This document shows, piece by piece, positions 58,704 to 64,000 of a stretch of DNA of 64,000 nt. The position numbers were made by a program, and so were the translations under genes. Under the pieces are notes generated by a model that was not told where the DNA came from, ran no database searches, and saw nothing but the letters and a program-made list of their open reading frames with translations. Origin of the DNA: Balanoglossus misakiensis. Taxonomy: Eukaryota; Animalia; Hemichordata. Position 1 is the first letter of the stretch. Each line of letters opens with the position of its first letter. The DNA lies in NCBI GenBank assembly GCA_040954595.2, contig CM082582.2, forward strand, positions 3,208,303 through 3,272,302, given 5' to 3'.

Positions 58704-60990
58704 CAGTGTTTCATCTAGGAATCTACAGTAGGGGGGCCTATTCCCCCCTCTACAGGAATTTTTAGGGGTATTTTAATTTATTTATTTCTTTTTTTTGGGG
58801 GGGGGGGGAATTACTGAAACATACAATCACATCTTTACATTAACATATTTAGCTTTTAATCTTGCAATCATGTCACTTGTGTGTTAACTGTTTACATACA
58901 AACACGCATTACTGGCACTGTGCAAAGCTGAGTGGGTCTTTTATCAACGAGGTCATCAAATGTCAGGTCATAAGACCATAAACAACGATGAAATACTAGT
59001 GGTGAGAACACGCGGATTAGTCTGTCAATATACAAGGGCTTTCTCACGTGAAATGATTAGGGTGCCCTTTTCGGGATTATAAAAGTTGGCAAACATTTCT
59101 TATCAGCGACTCAAATAGTTTTGCATTCACATGTGTATAAAAGGGACGGGATCACCGCACTCAATGCGTCCACAGCAGAGTGGCTAAAGGTCACAATGGC
59201 GGATTCAGTGATGTGTTTACTGTATATGTAGCTCTGGACTTATACCCAAACAGCGTATACCGTAATCTATCCTTCGGGTTCGACCAGGAAAAAATAATTA
59301 TTCTTTACAAAAAGATGAAACAATGGGGGTAAAAATGAGTCAAAGTGCCAGAAGGACCCCCTCGGACATTTATGCAAATTAGGTTCAAATAGGCTTCATG
59401 GTGCGATTGAAAATCAAGGACACATTTCGCCACTTGTCCCATTTGTTGTTCCACATCAAATAAATGGAAGATCCGAGAAAATCCACACTTTTCCAGTTTT
59501 TGTACAGTCATCCTATAAGTATAAGCGCTTCTACGGTACCGCCTGTGAGTCTTACAGCTTTGAAACCAGTGCGTAATATACTAGTAGCATGACTCCATGC
59601 TAGTAGTAAAAGCATACCGGGATGTGGGATGTGGGAACGCTTTGAGTTGGTCCCTTGGGACAAAGACGTTTTTAATTTATTCACGCACAGGGATGTATTT
59701 TTAGCCAGACAATGGCAAGACCTAGTTGCCTAGCAATTATCACCATGAACTTTGCTACAAGTTTCACTACCACTTCCACTGGGCGTCTCAATTTTTTCAG
59801 CAGAGCCCCAGCTGCAGTAAGTTCCGACTACCTCAAGGCTTTGCCTGTAGGTTTTGGGGCTCCTCATTTTACTGATGACCATCAGCAACAAGGCAAATTG
59901 ACCATTGACTAAGCAAGGTGCTAAACATCGCTCTTTTCAGAGGGGTAATTTTACATGCAAGCTCATTAGAAACTGCCACTTGTATCCCCTCAAACCGCGT
60001 CGGCAGAGTGCGTTTAGATCGGCGTTTAGTGCGGTGTTTCTGTTCACACGTGATTTGAATCGCTGTTTAGTGCGGTGCCCCGACCCAGGTCCCACCCCTC
60101 AACACCGTCACAAAAAAAGAGCGGCACAGGGCCGCTCTCACCTTTTCACACGTGGCACTTACAAATTAACGCCGCCCTAGCACCGCCGCTGGGGCGGCGT
60201 TGACGGCACGTGAGAAAGGGGTATGAGTCTGTCCGTTGACAAAAAACGGCATCATTTTGGGAATATTTTGCGTGATTTGCTACTCGAAATCAGTAAGTTG
60301 TTGGCCTTCAACCATGATGGTTGTCATCAGTCGATTCAACGCGTTTTCTTCGATTCTGTTTCGGAGGCACGTTTTGATGGTGTTCTGTGCAGAGAACCCT
60401 CGCTCGTAAATAGCTGTGTTTACTAGCTCTGCGTGGCAGGGCTGTGTTGTTACGGCGAGCCCTGGTGGAGGGCTCGCCGTAACAACACAGCCCTGCCACG
60501 CAGAGCTACTGTGTTTACCAGCAACGTGACGGCTATGCGTGCCAGTTTAACGAGATTCGGTACTATTTCTCGGCGTTTATCAATGATTATTTTCCAGAGG
60601 AGAATTAGGTTGTCGCGAGGGTACGCCTGTTCCAGCACTAGTTTCTTGACGATCGCCCATTCGCGTCGCGTGTCTTCGGCATCGACAATGGGTTCGGTTA
60701 TTTTCTCCTGATCATCACGTTTACAATTCCTGTACTGCTCAACTAGTGGCGGTCCATGTTGTTACCCCGCTTCGCGGTCGTCGTCTTGGTTGGACTCGGA
60801 GGCCACAATGTCAGTTGCCATGCCAGCACTAGCTGATAACAGGTCAAATGCCGGGGTCAAATGCACTGAAGTGTGACGCGACGTCTGTATGATTTGATAC
60901 CATACACGCGCTAGCGTTTAGCCAAGGTCAGCTGATTGGCGGCGCGCAACACATCAAAGTGCGCAAATCGCGCAGCCTAGATGAAACACT
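58704..60990 (-). mobile_element. Decayed hAT-superfamily DNA transposon with hATC dimerisation-domain remnant
   Basis: TIRs cagtgtttcatctagg (58704) and cctagatgaaacact (~60976-60990). The minus strand reads PNLVKLARIAVTLLVNTA[insert]IYERGFSAQNTIKTCLRNRIEENALNRLM at ~60560-60320. Confidence 0.75.
60424..60508. mobile_element. 85-bp perfect hairpin insertion with 10-bp TSD
   Basis: 40-bp perfect stem and 5-nt loop (ggtgg); ctgtgtttac at 60414-60423 and 60509-60518. Confidence 0.9.
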
Positions 60991-61870
60991 AACTCATGGT
61001 GAGAAAAGCGTAGTTTGGCTAAACCACACCAGCAATTTAATAACAGACGGTTTTGTGCTGTTACTTATCTACTACTAACACGTTTGAAGAATCACGGCTT
61101 CACTTGTACTGACTCTAGTAAGCTGTGAATCGCTGGAAAGACTTCACATGAGTCGCAGGCTGGTCTAGTTGCAATGCCTGTTGTGGCTTGATTTTAATGG
61201 CAGCGCGTTTGCAAAGCCTTTAACACATTCATAATTTTGGCATTCTCAGTCAGTGTATCCAGCTTAACAACAGACACCCTTTTTTGCAATCAAATGAACA
61301 TACAACCGGTGATACGGGGTTGTACATTTGTGTGCCCACCAAGCTCAATGTATTGAATATTTCATGTTACATTGGCACGGAGTGCAAATGAAAGAACGTC
61401 ACAGTAACATGGAATGGTTGACGTGTACTGTCTGAGGCCACTGAGGAAGTTCCGTGGGACTGTCAGAAAGGGTGTGTCATGTCAAATGTTCGTGAATTTT
61501 CTCCTATGGTCTGGTCAAATTCCTTGATTATTACCCGACATGCATTGTATTTCACCGTATGGAGGAATTATGTATTATAGGCTGATAAAAATTTAAATAC
61601 CACTGATTTTATCCCCAAATAGAGATCATTTATTCAGTGAACACAGTATCCGTGCGCCATCGCAGATGATGTAAACATAACAAATACTGCAGTCCACGCC
61701 ATAGAAATTGTAAGGCTATATTCCTACTGTACAATACATTATTTTATTGAACAGAAATTATTATAAATACCTTAAATCATTTATAAGTATACTTACCTTG
61801 ATCTAACAAAATTTTCATAGTCCAAACCTTTCTAACAACGCCTAGAATACATCCGAACCTAATTATAATA

Positions 61871-63140
61871 TTAAAGCTGCAAGCAGCATCGTCGGGCCCA
61901 AGCGCTGATCTGGAATTATATATGCACATTATGATTGAGAAGAAACATAATGCTCTATCGCATGTTTTATCTCATGAAATAACAAGGACATATGCATTTT
62001 GGTGCTGATATAGTGTAAAGTAGTTCAAAGGCCACATGTGGTCACCCAAAATTTGGGAAATAAATTTTGACCCCATACTAGCTTGTCCATGTCCAACAAA
62101 AACCACAACTCTAGCTCAATTTGTTCACCTGTACTTAGGTATGCGCATATTTAATGAGATCAGCAGGTGTCACTGAGGTCGCCCAAAATTATGACAAAGA
62201 ATTTTGATCCCATACTGGTCCATGCCCAACAAAAAGCAAAACTCTATCTCTATTGGTTCGGCTGAAATTGGCTAGGCACATAATTAATGAGGTCAGCAGA
62301 GGTCACTGGGGTCCTGAAAAGTAGCAAAATAATTTGATCATACACTAATCCACACGCATCAAAAACCAAACGTCTAGCCCCTAGGTTAGCCTGGAAATAG
62401 ATATGCAGAAGTAATGATGTGTGAAAAGTAGGTCAAAGGTCATGTGAAAAATTGCCAACAAATTTGCAACATATTCTAGTCATATGACAACTCAAATCCA
62501 TAAAAAGAATTTGTGTGCTATTATACTAGAAAAAGCAAATTTCTCTTTTCATCGCTTTTTACAAAATCCAATATGGCCGCCATAATCTTTAACCAATCAC
62601 AACGCTCTTCACAAACTTGACAGACATCAGTTCAGTGACTATACTCCCTGAATCTTGCGACTCAGTTATCGACTCCCAATTCTGGAGTAGAAGATTTTTG
62701 AAATTTTTCTATGGTTTTTCGAAAATCCAATATGGCCGCCATAATCTTTGACCAATAACAATGATCTTCGCAAACTTGATAGACATCAGTTAGGTGACCA
62801 CATACCCCAAACCCAGTGACTCGGTTATCGCCGGTTCTGGAGAAGAAGATTTTTGAAATTTTAACCAGATTTCAGAAAAAAAATTGTAGCAAAAAAAAAA
62901 TGCAACTTTGACAGCATAATGTCAAATTACAAAAATGATGGTCAGAAGGTAGTCTACCTGCACGCCAAATTTGAAGTCGATCTGACTTGTAGTTTCTGAG
63001 ATCTGAGATTTGCATTTTTTCAGAAAATCCAATATGGCCGCCATGTCACGTGACTAATTAAAAATTCACAGGTTCAATGCCCGACTACTCATTGACCTTG
63101 ACCACCATAGCAAGTTTGAGAAGTGTACCTGCAGTTTCTG
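61871..63140 (-). mobile_element. Helentron/HINE-like element, copy 2 (inverted relative to 46400-47886, 5' end degraded)
   Basis: Begins ttaaagctgcaagcagc...cgggcccaagc and matches the reverse complement of copy 1, including the aaaatccaatatggccgccat repeats. Confidence 0.75.
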
Positions 63141-64000
63141 AGATCTGTGATTACTACGTTGTCGAGTGTCCAGAAATTTACGGTCGGAAACAGAAATTAC
63201 AAGTAGGAGTGTCTCCAACATGAAGAAAAATCCAGCGAGCTTAGCTTTTAAAAAAGAACTGACATTTAGTTCCTTACTCGCTGTGACAAATCCAAAAACC
63301 GACATGAATTTTGTACAAAAATTTACTCAGAAAAAAACAACAACACTTGAATTTACCAGTCACGCACTGCAAATTGCAGGGCGATGCCTATGAAACTGAC
63401 CAAATTTGACAGATTGTAGTTGCTAAAATGGTGCTGGTGCAATATTTGAACATATGCAGCGCACAGCAGTACCTCCCAGATGACTTTCTCTGAACAATAA
63501 ACCTCAATTGAATGATGAGAAATCACAATTTATCAATGACTTTCAGTCCGCCGACTGATGACCCCAAAATGTTATATGACCTTTTGAATACGCCAACCAG
63601 TGGGTGTCATTTAGCGCACGTTATATGCTAAATAGCGTTGCCGTGGTAACGTAAACAACATGCGTCAATCTCCCGCCAAGAACGGCAAGGCTTCACACTT
63701 TTGCTCCAAGTTTATACGTTACATCCAAGTCTGTTGTAAACAAATATCTGAATATTTTATAATTTATATATAAGGTCGTGTCAGTTATGCGTATATCTAC
63801 CCACCCATTGATCAACGATACTGTCATCAGGCTTGAACGTCATGAAAAGGGGCGTTGATATCCTCGTGTCAGAGACTGACCCATGAGATTAGGGTACACA
63901 CACGGGCTCCAGTGGGGTAATTTCTTACGGAAGTCAGAGCAAGTAAATATGCGTGTTTGTTCCAGATGCGTCTTTTTCACTGTTGGAGTCTTATTTTGGC

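Noticed and set aside
63166-63560. Possible second transposase remnant
   Set aside because: Only vague similarity, many stops and no diagnostic motif.

Overview
AT-rich, intron-containing animal genomic DNA, probably from a marine invertebrate deuterostome such as a hemichordate (inferred from gene and repeat content, not verified). The window looks like an innate-immune or signalling cluster built largely from pseudo-enzymes. (1) 1-9791 (-): a spliced gene encoding more than 2,850 aa. It has a GT4-type glycosyltransferase domain, Ser/Pro linker exons, a heptad coiled coil, a TRADD-N-like domain, NLR helical domains with no visible NACHT ATPase, and a very large LRR array. The apparent 84-bp satellite at 1-4150 is an open reading frame of about 49 near-identical 28-aa LRRs that runs off the window, which is probably why the ORF track misses it. 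(2) A C2H2 zinc-finger gene with a PLDLS motif. (3) Three paralogous receptor tyrosine pseudokinase genes with four kinase domains in total, all with HRD changed to HRY/YRY/HRF and DFG to NFT/NLS; one gene has two kinase domains in tandem. (4) A mucin-stalk transmembrane adaptor with six YxN motifs. (5) A two-Ig-domain receptor with a truncated tail. Interspersed are a Tx1/L1-like LINE with a 36-bp target-site duplication, CR1/L2 fragments, two inverted Helentron-HINE-like elements, a decayed hAT element, MITEs, hairpins and microsatellites. All gene models were spliced by hand from GT/AG sites and exon phases; no database searches were run.
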